NCBI GenBank assembly: GCA_039621445.1
Contig: CP154954.1
Location: 23,014,954-23,078,953, forward strand
Reading direction: 5' to 3'
Source of the DNA: Euglena gracilis
Taxonomy: Eukaryota
DNA length: 64,000 nucleotides
The position numbers and the translations under genes are program-made. Below, one piece after another: positions 1 through 11,736 of the stretch. The notes below the pieces were generated by a model, which saw only the letters and a list, made by a program, of their open reading frames with translations, searched no databases and was not told the DNA's origin. Each line of letters begins with the position of its first letter. The stretch's first letter is position 1.

Positions 1-109
1 ATTGGGGGGCAGGCAACCCTCGGGTCCACACCACCACACTCCAACCAACCCAACGATTCATCTTCGGCGACGGGCAGCCGAACTGCCCTGAGCACCCCCC
101 CCCCTCATC
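1..109 (-). repeat. Polypurine tract (95-109) and start of a putative 3' LTR (begins TG at 94, runs off the window)
   Basis: Minus strand reads GATGAGGGGGGGGGG|TGCTCAGGG, the same purine-run-then-TG arrangement seen at the LTRs of B and D2; no partner LTR in the window. Confidence 0.5.
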
Positions 110-327
110 ACGAGTGACGGGCCGTCGAACCTCCCAGAGCATCCATCGACAATCAACAACCAACACCTGGAATTTTCAGTCATTCTTTCTGTGCCGACGC
201 AGGCCAACACGTGCACAATTGAAAGCATGATGATTTCCATCCTTTTCTGATCGGGGATCTTGGATACTGGCAAAGGAGGGGATTAGGCTGGGAGGGGGAG
301 GGCAGGCAACACTCGGTCTACACCGCC

Positions 328-1314
328 TCATTCCCACTTCTCCGTGAACCACTGGTACCGCTGTCGACGATACCTCCTCTTGCACGCCTCGGAGAGTCCA
401 CGTTCATCTCCACTTCTCCTGCGGGCTCGGGACGATGCTCCTTCATCTCCTGGGGGCATGTCCTTCAGGGTCTCTTCCTGGAATCTTCGGTACTGGAGCA
501 AGCACGCCCGGACTGGCCAACGCAATGGCCCAGTCGGCTGCATATGGCCCGCCTGCTGGTCCCAGATCTCGAAGAACCGGGTTCCTTCCTCGAAGATGAT
601 GAACTTCACTGTCATCTTCTGCAGCATTGGCCACCATGTTGTTGTACGCCACTCTGGTGCAATCAGCACCATCTCCTGCACCTGGTCCGCGATGATCTTG
701 AGGATAACTTGATTCATCAACGTCCACGGTGGGTTGGCCCATATCCTTTCTCTTGACCATGTCTTCGCAAATGCATTGTCTTCCTTCGTCCAGAACTTGG
801 GGAATCTTGCATTTTCCCATGATGCAAATGCTTCTTGCACACTTCCTTGCTGAATGTTGAACTTGTCCAGGATCAGGTCGATGAATTCCCAGCGCACGGC
901 GTACTCCTCGGAGATGTACTACCTTTTGATTCTTCTTCCCCTTCCACTTGGTCTTGGCAGGGTCTCTGGCTCTTCCACCTCGTAGTACTCCTCCTCTGCA
1001 GCTGGTCCTGATTCTGGATCTCCTGGATGTGGTTGATTCTCCATCACCACATTTCTCCTCCTGAATGGCTGCAATGGCACTTCCGGTTCTTCAGCTGCAC
1101 CTTCATAGTTTGGAGCTGGACTTCTTGATTCTTCTTCTTCTTCTTGTCCATCCCACACTGTCAATGCAGATCTCCAGCCCTCTTCTGGAAGTCGGACAAT
1201 CCATCTGCTCCAGCTCCAATCTGTCACTTCCTGCACTTTCAAGTGATCTTCTTCCGGCCTCCAACTGACATTCATCCTTCTGGGCTTGGCATTCTGGTAT
1301 TCTGACTCTGGCAT
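328..1314 (-). pseudogene. N6-adenine (Dam/DIRS-type) DNA methyltransferase with acidic N-terminal extension; one in-frame TAG at 919-921
   Basis: EEYAVRW..VQEAFASWENARFPKFWT..DNAFAKTWS..IWANPPW..KIIADQ..LIAPEW..WWPML matches the DxFAS..N / AF..W / NPP(F/W) / P.W..W pattern; ORFs 919..1314 and 328..897 share a frame. Confidence 0.85.
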
Positions 1315-2487
1315 TCTGGTCTTCTGGTAGTTTGGTTACTGAACACTTCCGTTTTCTGTGTGTCTCTTTGGGGTGTCTTTTCCCTTTTTCCCTTGATATT
1401 TGAATGCACAACACTTTGCCAGCTTGATAGGATGAAGTGTTCCGGCTTGGAACCACCTACAGAGAGGCAGTCCAATAAACTAAAATTAGGAAGTTCCGCA
1501 AAGCGGAAGATTCCGCTGTTGGTCTTTTTTTGGCCCCGCCCGGCGCCACACCCCAGGGGCCGCCGCCAACACTTCCTACCGAGGCGCCCGGCCTCGCCTG
1601 CCTTCGGCTAACCTCGGAGGCGGGAGCGGGGGGCGATGCGCACCTCATCGGCACAGTGAACGACAAACAAACGTCAGGGCGGTTCGGGTATACGGAGGGC
1701 AGGGGTGTGGCCTTGGCCTCGGCCTTGGCGTTTTGTGTTTGGTGCCCGGGGGCGTTTTGTGTTTGGCGCCCCTCGTGTGTCGCCTCGCGCGCCACAGGAG
1801 CCTGGTCGGGGGCTGGCGTTGGTCCCCGGGCGGTCTACTGGCAGGCCGGCCGCAGGCTCCTGTGGGCGCCTTGGGAGGGGGGTGGAACTCCTCCGGGCTC
1901 TGGGCGGGGGCCGCTGTCCTGCTGGGTGGCTTGGCAGCCGCGCCGCGCCGACCTGCAGGCTGGGTGCAGAGCCCGGAGCGTTGAGCCTTTCGGGGGGGCT
2001 GTGCGCTCCCCGGCTGGTTGTGGGGGGGGGGGCGGTCCCTTGGGCTCCCTTGGGTCTTTCTGGTGCCTGGGGGGTCTCTTCGGCTCGCCTGCTTTGCCCC
2101 CTGCCTGGCTTCCTTCGGCTGGCTGGGGGGGGGGTGCCTTTCTCTCCCTTGCGCCTGCTCGGTTCTCTTGTGGCGCTCTGGGGGGGGTGCTCCTTGCGCC
2201 CTCTTCGGTTCTCGTTTGGCGCTCTGGGGCTCCGGTGGGTGTGGGCGCTCCTGGGGGGGGGCGATTTTTTTTTTCGGGGGGGGGGCCGGGGGCGTTTTTT
2301 TTTTCGGGGAGGTCCGGGTGGCGTTTTTTTTTTGGTCCGGGGGGTGCCTGGCTCGGTGGCCCCTTGGGGCCTCCTGGGGGGGTCTTGGCTCGGTGGTCCT
2401 CTAGGTCCTCTCGGTGGCCCTCTGGGGGGCCCTGGCTTGGTGGCCCTCTGGGGCCTCTCGTCTTGCTGGTGCCGATGGGGGGGGGGC

Positions 2488-2660
2488 TTGCTTCGGTTCC
2501 CCCTGGGAGGGGCCTGGCTGGCTTCGGTTCCCCCTGGGGGGGGGGTTGGCTTCGGTTCCCCCTGGGGGGGCCTGGCTGACTTCGGTTCCCCCTGGGGGGG
2601 CCTGGCTGGCTTCGGTTCCCCCTGGGGGGGGGGTGGCTTTGGTTCCCCCTGGGGGGGGTG
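2488..2660 (+). repeat. ~29-bp tandem minisatellite (ggcttcggttccccctggggggggcctggct), ~6 copies
   Basis: Recurrent ttcggttccccctggg units. Confidence 0.85.
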
Positions 2661-3529
2661 TGCCCGGCTGCCCTGGCTGTCTGCCTCCCCCCGCTGGCTG
2701 GGGGGAGGGTGGCTGGCTGGTGGCCCCCTTGGGCCGCTGGCTTGTCTGTGTGGCCTCCGCCCCCCCGCTCTCTCCCGGCCGTTGTCTTCCCTTGGCCGGC
2801 TGGGGGGGTCTGCTCTGCCCCTGGCTGCCGCCCGCCTATGGCTTCCGGCCTTGGGCGCCAGCCTCCTCCTGCCTCCACAGTATCAGTGTCAGTGTGAAGG
2901 ACAGGAGCAGAGACATCCGCTGCCATGCGTCGGCTCGCCTCCGACGGTGTAGTCTCCACGTACCCAGCCTCCGCCAGCGTCTTGGTCCACGGCGCAGCAG
3001 GCACTCTGGCGAATCGGCAGGCAAGGAACGGCAGCAGCAGCAGCAGCCCCACAAATACAACCCCCGCTACCCAGTACGGTTTGACGCCAGGCTTTTCCAA
3101 CCACCCCCGGGGCGGTGGGCTGGCATGGGTAGCCGTGGGTAGGGGAAAATGGGAGGCCTCCGGGTTGGGGCCGGAAAGGGCCGGGACTCACAAGGCCTGC
3201 GTTGGGGGGATTGAGGACGCAGACACCGGCGGTGGTGCCCTCTCGCCGCCTTGAGGCTGGGGACAGGTCCTGGAGGTGCAACGGCAAGGAGCCATGGGTG
3301 GCGAAGGCTCCATCGGGACAGGGGATGAACGGGGCGCACTGGGTATGGGGGTGCGCTGGCAGGAAATGGTGTGAGAGGAACGGGGACGGCGTGGCACAGG
3401 CCGGCGGCAATGGGGGGGGGTGCCGGCCCGCACACACCGGGAAGGCCGCAGGCGGAGGGGGCACCGCGTCCCCGCCCACAGGCGGGAAATGGTTCGGAAT
3501 GGGCACATACGGAAAATGGGTGAACATCG

Positions 3530-3645
3530 CAGAGGCAGCCACTGCCGCCTGGGGGGCAGCCACAGCAGCCTGGTTGGCAGCCACCACCGTCGCCTGGGGG
3601 GCGGCCACAGCAGCCTGGGAGGCAGCCACAGCCGCCTGGGGGCCC
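3530..3645 (+). repeat. 21-bp tandem repeat (gcagccacagcagcctggggg), ~5 copies
   Basis: Direct reading. Confidence 0.75.
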
Positions 3646-4199
3646 CAGAGGGCCACCGAGCCAGGACCCCCCCCCCCGGAGGCCCAGAGGCCACCAACCA
3701 AGGCCGCCCCCCCCAGGCGGACCGGAGAGCACGACCAAAGACCGCCCACACACCAAGGCAGAAGACCCAAGGGGGACCCCCCGGGCAAAAAAAAAAACGC
3801 CCCCCCGGACCCCCCCGGACCAAAAAAAAAACGCCCCCGGACCCCCCGGGGCAGCGTGCGGCAGCAAATGAGCGAACGCAGACACGGGCTGCGCGCACTC
3901 AGCTCCTGTCGATGGACACACCAAGGTTGATACCGCAGCAGAGGGGATCTGGGGATCAGCCTCCTGCGACAGCTGGGGAAACGCAGAGACGGAGGGACGG
4001 TCGGACGGGTGGTGCACGAAGTGCAGGGGGACGGGCTGGTGCGATGCAGCGGCGGCGACGGTCCGCGGTGGATCCTGACCTAGCGCTGGCGGTGGATCGC
4101 GTGTCGGGACGTGCTGTGCTGCAGGCACCGCTGTGCCCACTGGGGGGTCCGCTGACTCCCCTTCCTGGCTGCTTGCGTCCTCGTCCTTCTTGATGTCCT

Positions 4200-5760
4200 C
4201 GTCGGGCCAGACCCACTCCTCGGGTGGGTCTTCCCACTCGGCGTTGTTGATGACCTCCTGCTCCTGCTTCTTCACCTCCGCGACGATGACCACCACCTCA
4301 GCCGGGTTGCGGTGGAGGTAGTCCAGCAGGTGCACCTTGAGCTTCTTGGACTTGGCGTACTCGATCATCTGGTGAGAGTAGCGATGGAAGAAATTTTTCA
4401 ACGGCTCCCACGTGAGAGTCGGGTGGCCCTCCCACTTCACCTCGAACTCCCAGTCGCCGTCGTCTCGTCTGCGGTGCCGCCGGATCTCCTCCACCGTCCA
4501 CTCCTCGATGTCCACGTCTTCTTGCGGTCTGGCCTGCCGGTAGACGAACATCTTGGGCGGGCCCCACAGCCGCGTGTCATCGCGGTAGGCCTTCAGCTGG
4601 CAGCGGCTGGCCTCTTGGCGGCGGCCCTCCTCCAGCTCCAGCTCGTACGAGTGCTCGCCACGGCGCGCGGTGACCCGGGCTGGGCCAAGCCAATAGCTCT
4701 CGAGCTTCTGGCCCGCCCGCCTCCGAGGCCGGAGGTACCAGACCAGGTCTCCCTTGGCGAACTCCTCGAGGTCCTTCCTGCTCCTGTTCTTCTGGTCCGC
4801 TTGCCGCTTGTGGAGGTCGTTGGGGACGTCGGCGACCTTCTGGTCCACGGCCTTCTGTCTCTCGAAGAACGACACGGCATCCTCCACCATGACCGGGGCC
4901 TTGTACGGTACGCCACCAGTCCACCGATGCCGTCCATACAGCACCTCGTATGGACTCAGGCCGTGCTGCGCCTTGGAGTCGTTCAGCTTCTGCACTGCCC
5001 TGGGCAGGGACTCCACCCAGGTGATCTGGGCCTCGGCCTTCTCGCTCCGGATCCGCTTCTGCAACTGCGCACCGAGGGATTCCGCCCGCCCGTTCGCCGC
5101 GTGGTGGTACGCCTGGGCGTAGGCGTGGCGGATCCCGTGCAGGCCGCACATGCTGCGCCACCACGCGCCAGCAAAATGCGGCCCGCGATCACTCGTGATC
5201 ACGCTGGGCAGCCCGTGCGGCGACCACCACTCCCGGTACATCGCCTTGGCCACGGTAGCGGCGGTGAGGCCGCGCGTGTGGTGGGCCGTGGCCACGACCC
5301 ACCCACTGTGGCGATCGACGCAGGCGGCGAACACGTTGTACAGCTGCCCCTCGAAGTCCACCTATGGCATCACGAAGAGGTCGATGGCCACCGACGCCAT
5401 GAAGTACGGCGGGACGGGCGTTGGGCAGACCTCCAGCCACAGCGGCTGGTGCGGGTGCTCGGTGGCCTGGCACACCGGGCACGTCCGCTGCAGCCCGCCG
5501 GCCACCTTCGCCGCCTCCATCCGGTCCGCAAAGACGTAGGTGCGCTCGGCCTCCTCCACCAGCCCGTCCCCGCCAATGTGGCCGGAGACCGAGTGCTGCT
5601 GCCTCAGCACCTCCGCCAGCGGCCCGCTCGGCACACACCACCTCCCCGCCGAGACGAGCCGCCCATCCACCAGCTGTAACCCGCTGGGCCAGCCTGGGCC
5701 GTTGTGGGCCTGGTCCCAGACGGGCTTCCAGCGAGGGCACACCGCATATGCCTTGCTCCA
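4200..5760 (-). pseudogene. pol: Element A integrase plus C-terminal chromodomain; TAG at 5362
   Basis: H-x4-H..CPVC Zn motif, VAIDLF, ITSDRGPHF, NGRAE, WLGP; chromodomain EEWTVEEIRRHR..FEVKWEG..TWEPLKNF (~4390-4505). Confidence 0.9.
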
Positions 5761-6315
5761 GTCCATGTCGAAGACGTTGATGGACAGGTCAGGCTGCGGG
5801 GGCACGGGATCAGCGGTTGACGGCACACCTGCTGCGGGCGCTGCAGACGGGACTAACGCGGCCGGTGACGGCACACCGGCTGCGGACGCTGGGACGGGCA
5901 TGGCCGGTGATGACACACCGGCTGTGGGCACTGCGGGCGGTGCGATGGACTGCGGTGCGGTGGACTGTGGTGCTGGTGATGGGGCTGGCGATGGCGCGTT
6001 GGACGATGGTGCTGGCACGGACGCTGGTGATGCGGTGCACGACGCAGACGGCAGGACTGCCGCAGACGATGCCGACGGTGGGACTGCTGCGGCCGCAGGA
6101 GACCAGGCTGACGGGTGCATCTCGCGTGGGTGCTCGGACCGCGTACCGTGCGGGGCGTCTGCTGGGGCGTCTCGGGCGTTGCGCTGCGTGTCGAGGCGGC
6201 TGCGCATGGTGACGGCGATGTGGGACGCTGACGGGACCGTGGCGAACGACTGGAGCGGGAACAGCTGGATGAAGGCCAGCTCTCTCCCCTCCTTCAGGGT
6301 TGACCTCTCCACCTG

Positions 6316-8676
6316 TTACGCCTTGGTCTCCTCGTCCTCGGGATGCACCGCCTTCGGGGTGGACTTCTCGCGCAGCTTGTCCTCCAGGATGTGGGCCTTC
6401 ATCTCCTTCGTGTCGGCCTCGGTGCCGTGCCACGAGGTGTCGCGCCAGCCTTGTGAGGCCGGGTAGGCCCAGCGGGACATGGCATCGCCCACCACGTTGG
6501 TCTCGCCGAGGACGTGCACCACGGTGATGCGGAACTCGTTGAGCTTCACATGCCATCTGGCCCGCCTCCCCTGCGGGCCCACTCCGGCGACGTACTCCTT
6601 GTACCACGACTCCAGGCTGCGGTGGTCGGTCAGGACGAGGATCTCGTTGTCCAGCAGGAAGCCCGCCCACTTGTCGAGGGCGGCCACCACGGCATACGTC
6701 TCCTTGTCCCGGACATCCCACCGAAGGCGCTGCCCCTCGGTGAGCTTCTGGGACATGAAAGCCACCGGGACGGAGGCCCCCGGCCGCAGGTCCTCCACCC
6801 GCGGCACGCCGTCGATGTTCAGGAACTGCTCCAGCACCGCTCCGATGGCGTAGTCCGACGCATCGGTGCGCAGGACGAACGGCTTGGCTGGATCGATGTG
6901 GTACAGCTCCAGGTCGGCGACGAGGGCCTTCTTCGGCTTGTCGAACGCTTCCTTCTCCTGCTACGTCCACACCACTGGGTGCTTGGATCCCGCCTTGGTC
7001 AGCTCCCTCGGCAACTTCAGCTTCTCCTGCAACGGCGCCGCCAGCTCTGCGTACAGTCTCACATAGCCTGCATAGTAATTGCAGACGCCGAGAAACGCGC
7101 GGAGACTGCTGACCGTCGGCGGCAGTTGCCAGTGCTGCACCGCCGACAGTTTGCCTGGGGCAGGCGCCCTCCTGCCGTGCCCCAGGACATGCCCCACGAA
7201 CTCGACCTGCCTCATGAAGAGCTTGACCTTACGGCTGTCGCTGACCCATCTGTCCCTCTCCAAGGCCAGCAACGTCTCACGGACGTCTCGGGCGTGCTTC
7301 TGGTAGAACTCCTCGTCCGTCTCCTCCGCTCCCTGCCGCGTACTGACGATGATGTCGTCGAAGTACGGGCGGGAGTGCGCCTTCACCGCCGCGCAGGTGG
7401 CGTCGATGTCCCGCTGTAGGAGGGCGGGCCCGACGTTGATCCCCTGCGGGACCACACGCCACTGCCACAGCCCACCCGGCAGCTGGACGTTCGTCACCGG
7501 TCGGCTCTCCTCCGCCAAGGCCACCTGGTGGAACGCGTCCAGCAGGTCGATGGTGCTGAAGAGGGTACACGTCGCCTGCTCCGCCACGATCTCCTCCGTC
7601 AAGGGCAAGGGGTAGCTGTCCGCCATGATCTGCAGGTTCGTCACCGCGTAGTCACACACCATCCTCCACTTCCCGTTCTTCTTCCGAATCGGGAAGGCCG
7701 CCGCCCGCCACTGGCCTCTGCCCGGCTCCACCTTCCGGTCGCGGCGGCACTCCTCCTCCATCTCCCGCAGCGCCTCCAGCCGTTTGCCCTTCAAGTGGAT
7801 CAGATTCCCCACCACCGGCTGGGCGTTTGGCTTGAGGCGCAGCACCGCCATCCCGTGCTGGCCTCGGGGCGGCGGATCGGGGTGGACGCGGTCGCAGAAG
7901 ACGCGGCGCGGCCCTCGAACTCCTTGAGCATCTCGGCGCGCAGCTGGACGGCCAGCGGAATGCTGCTCCTCCGCCTCGGCCGTGAGCACCCCACGGACTT
8001 CCTTCGCCTCCTTGGCTGCGTCTATCAGCACCTTGGCCACCATTGCCTCTTCCTCGGCGTCCAGGGCCTCGTACTCCTCGTCTCCGTCGGGGCCATTGAC
8101 CCCGACGGTGAGCCTCATCTTCCTCACCTCGGCCTCCATCTCCTCCACCACTTCGGACGGCGTGCGGGGCAACGGCGACGGGCTGCGGGCTCGGACGGTC
8201 GCGTGGGTGCGTGTGCTTAGCGCTGCGATCTCGCTTGCTTCGGTGCCAGCGATGACCCATCGGGGGTCGTCGTGGAGCTGGAGCGCATCCCGCCAGGGTT
8301 GCATATCCAGCCTGTGCTCCTTCAGCCAGGGGTAACCCAGAATCAGGTCACACCCTATATCACCGTCACGGACGGTGATCTGGCTGTGCCCCCTCTTCAC
8401 TCCTCCACTCCTCTCTCCTTCGCTCCTCGCGTTGAACGCCAGGAGGACGTCCGCCTCATTGCTGCCGCCCGCCAGCAGGTCGCCGTTCACGGTGCGCTGC
8501 AGCAGCGGTCGCTCGCTGCGACGGAAACATCCGTTCGGGAACAAGTCTTGACGGATCAGCGACGTCTGCGCCCCCGTGTCGATGAGGGCCTTCGCCTTCT
8601 CCTCCCGGCCGTCGATCTCGATGACCACGTCCAGCATCAGCTGATAGCTGCCTCCCCGCCTCTCCATGCGGCCCAC
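6316..8676 (-). pseudogene. pol: Element A aspartic protease, reverse transcriptase and RNase H; TAG at 6961, TAA at 6316
   Basis: ALIDTGA; WRMVCDY, YPLP, IDLLDAFHQV, VPQG, YFDD, FVGH; TDASDYAIGAVL, FMSQKL, TDHRSL, GDAMSR. Confidence 0.93.
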
Positions 8677-8730
8677 CTGGAAGGACCGGCTGGGGCGGTA
8701 TTGCCACGGACAGACGGTGACCTTGTGGAC

Positions 8731-9924
8731 TTACCGCGGGGGGTGGGGCTCGTCGGCGGCGGTGGTGACGGGCTCGGCGGGTGGATCGTTGTGTGGCTCG
8801 GCGGGGGCGCACGATGATTGGCGGGTGCACGATGGCGGTCGTTGGCGCGGGGCTTGGGACAGCGCCGCTGCTTGCGGGGGCAGCGCCGTCCGGCTTGGCG
8901 GTGCGGTTGTGGACGCGGGTGCGGGTGCCGGCGACGGCGGTATCGCGCTGGGCGGCACGGCTGCTTGGCGGGTTGGTGGGGTGCGCTCGCACAGGTATCG
9001 GACTACACCTTTGGGAATGTGATACGCCTGCTCTCGGGTGCCGCGCTGCTGGAATGCCCCACCCACCTGCCATCGATGATGTCGTCGTCCATCTTGCTCC
9101 TCCACGATGTTCTCGCACTGGCCGTCGCACACGATGTCCTGCATGGGGGCCATGGAGTCCGCGCTCCAGAAGCGTGTGGGCTTGCGATAACCCCACGCCT
9201 CGAACATGCAGTAGTCCACATCGACGTACTGCATGTCGTCCACGACCTTGCGGTGGCGGAGTTTCCCATAGCGGGGATTCTCCAGCCACCACAGGGACGG
9301 CCGCAGGTAGGCGATGATCTCCTTCGTCTTGAGGACCAGGAAGTCGGCCTTCCGCAGCCGCCGCCTCCTGGTCGTCATCGCGCTGGAGTACTCGGTGCAC
9401 GGCGGTGAGGCGGCGACCAACTCGAAGTCGCCGGGCCAGTACTCCTCCCAGTACCGCCAGCGCCGCACGTCCACTGTCTGGTCCGCCTTCCACCGCGGGT
9501 CGGCGTCCACCGAGACGACGGAGTAGCCGAGCTTCTCCAGCGCCCGCTTCACCGACCACGTTCCGGAGAGCAGGTACAGTGCACACCTCTTTGGTGTCGA
9601 GGTTGTCGGTGACGCTGCGGCCGACTTCAGTGCCGCCCGGGAGGACGGTGCGCTCTGCGGGGGGAACGGGGCGCTGGTTGCTGCGGGTGCGGAGCGTGGT
9701 GCCGCTGACAGCGCTGCTGATGGTGGGGGCAGCGTCGTCCGGCTTGGTGCTTTCTGGCGCGGTGCCCGCTCCTGCTGCTGCCGGGCTGGGGGCGTCGCGG
9801 TGACACGATGCTGCGTAGACGATGGCACGGACGCTGCTGGCTTGGCGGGGGGCGAGGACTGCGCAGACGAGACGGGTCGCGCAGCAGACGGTTGCTCGGA
9901 ACGACGGGACTTCTTCTGTAACAC
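8731..9924 (-). pseudogene. Element A C5-cytosine DNA methyltransferase (domain ~8985-9590), in frame with protease through one TAA
   Basis: Degenerate motif I LYLLSGTWS, motif IV ASPPC, motif VI WLENP, VDYCMF..GYRKPTRFW; 54 nt in-frame gap to ORF 6961..8676. Confidence 0.88.
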
Positions 9925-10129
9925 GGACCAGTAGTTCTTTGTCGAAATCTGATGCGCCCCGCCTTGGCCGTGTGCTTCAGGGCACGGTCTCTCCCCTCCT
10001 TGGGAGATTTGGGGCTTGCTGGGTCTGGGGGGGGGTGCGGGGCTCTTGGGTGATTGCCCGCACGCTCACGCTGGCGTTGGGATTTGACGGCCGGCCCAGA
10101 CCCCCATCCCTGGGGCCTGGGCGGCCCGG

Positions 10130-11736
10130 TCACTCACAATACTGCTCCTGGACGGCCGAGACGTTGCTCTTGCGGTCCTTGCCTTTGCCCTCGGACTTTC
10201 CTTTTCCTTGATCTCCTTTGGCTCCACCTATCGCCTTGCCTTTTCCTTTGCCTTCATCTTGTCTGGGGGCATTCGATGTCCACTGCTCGCCTTGGTACCC
10301 ACCACCTTTTCCTTTTCCTGCATTCCCTTGCCATGCACTCGATGACCACTACTCGGCTTGGTATCCACCCTTTCCTTTTCCTTCTTCACTCGTCCATGGG
10401 CTCGATGACCACTGCTCCGGGTACCCACGTCCCCCTTGGCCTTGTCCCTTGCCTTGGGGCGTGGGCACCGGCGGCGTCGGCGGACGTGGTTGCTGCGCTT
10501 GCTTCTCCTTCTTCGGCGGCACGTTCGTCTTCTCCAACTCCTGGATGTACGGCTCCTCGGTCGTGTCGTCGACCTCCACGTCCCGCTGCCACCGTGGTAC
10601 CGGCCGCTTCTCCGGGATCTCCTTCTCCTTCTTGGGGGCCATCTTCGCCTCCATCCGCAGCCATCTCACCATGAGGTTGTGGATGTCCTTCGCCGGTGGG
10701 TCGCACGAGTCGGCCGTCACCGTGACGATGCTGCTGCCCTCGAGCCGCTGGCGGTCGTACACGGCCTTCACCAGGGTGCGGTGCTCGTCGACCACTGGCA
10801 ACACCACGAAGCCCGCCCCGCCTTCCGCACTGAGGCGGGAGCTACCGTGGTCTCTGGCCTAATCATCTCCTTCACCTCCTCCACCGTCGTGTCCATCGGC
10901 AGGCCCTCCAGCACGATGGACCGGTGGTCCACCCGCTTGTCCTCCTCCTGCGCCACCTTCCGGCGCCAGGGGTGGAGGGGTATGGCCTCCACGAGGAGCT
11001 TCCCCAGCTCCTCCTCCTCCATGCCCACCTGCCTCGCCATGGACGCCATCTGCGCGTAGTACTCCCTCCAGGACTTGTCGGTCAGCTTCCCGCTCGTCAC
11101 CAGCTTCAGCTACCTCATTCGTCGCCGTAGAACCTCCTCGTCCTCGCCGCCGTACGCCAGGTCCACCTCCGCGAACAGCACGGCATACTCCACCTCTCCT
11201 TTGGTCTCGATCTCCTCGTCCAGCACCAGCACCGTAGCCTCGTCCAAAGCCACGCGGAACATGGCGAGACGCTGGGCTGACGTGATGGAAGGCCACGCCT
11301 GCTCGAGTCCCCGAAGGAACAGGAGCCAACGCCTCCGCCACTGCGGCCGGTCCTCCGGATTCCCGGTGAACCGGCCCGGGCGGAGGCCGATGACGGAGTC
11401 CACCAGCGGCGCCGGGAGGAAGTGCAGGGCCGCTGGCTGGGCCTGCACCGGGGCGATGCGGACCTCTCGCACCGCGGACGCGCTGGCGACGGGGACGGCG
11501 GACGGCGTGGTCAGGCGGGCGATGGAGAGGGACGGCACCCCGCCCCCTCCCTCCACGGGCTGCTTCCGGACCAGTCGGAGAGCTGGTCGGAGGGTGGACG
11601 ACGACTTCTCCTGCACCACGGACTCCTCCTGCATGGGCTTCTCCATCTGGACCGTTCTCACCTCTGGCACTGATTGCTGCCGGTCCACCGGCACCGGCTG
11701 CTGCTCGGCTGGGGGTGGCGGAGCCTTGGCGGGCAC
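10130..11736 (-). pseudogene. gag: Element A gag (5' truncated; stops and a frameshift), KG-rich C-terminus ending TGA at 10130-10132
   Basis: PGRFTGNPEDRPQWRRRW gag-like motif; similarity to B gag (SGKLT vs EGKIT); position upstream of pol. Confidence 0.65.

Larger units (their letters stand above)
1520..3850. repeat. GC-rich homopolymer-laden repeat block, probably an insertion; motif ggtccggggggcg(t)n occurs at ~2250-2450 and inverted at ~3640-3850
   Basis: Direct reading; boundaries approximate. Confidence 0.6.

Noticed and set aside
328-897. DIRS element or bacterial restriction-modification system as the source of the N6-MTase
   Set aside because: No tyrosine recombinase, DIRS-type RT or restriction enzyme in the window; the ORF is followed by a PPT-like tract (cannot be fully excluded beyond the window edge)
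2488-2660. CRISPR-like array
   Set aside because: No unique spacers, no cas genes, eukaryotic TE context
1530-3930. Long G/P/A-rich ORFs on both strands, including a TM-like stretch (WVAGVVFVGLLLLLPFLAC, ~3015-3075) as a possible env
   Set aside because: Expected from GC-rich repeats lacking stops; the Leu run is a CTG microsatellite; no ectodomain evidence
4312-9803. Plus-strand ORFs antisense to A pol (e.g. 4312..5679, 6514..7419)
   Set aside because: Shadow ORFs of high-GC coding sequence
919-11112. Alternative genetic code (TAA/TAG = Gln) explaining A's in-frame stops
   Set aside because: B's 1356-aa pol and very Gln-rich 735-aa gag ORF contain no TAA/TAG, and A has independent frameshifts, so decay is simpler
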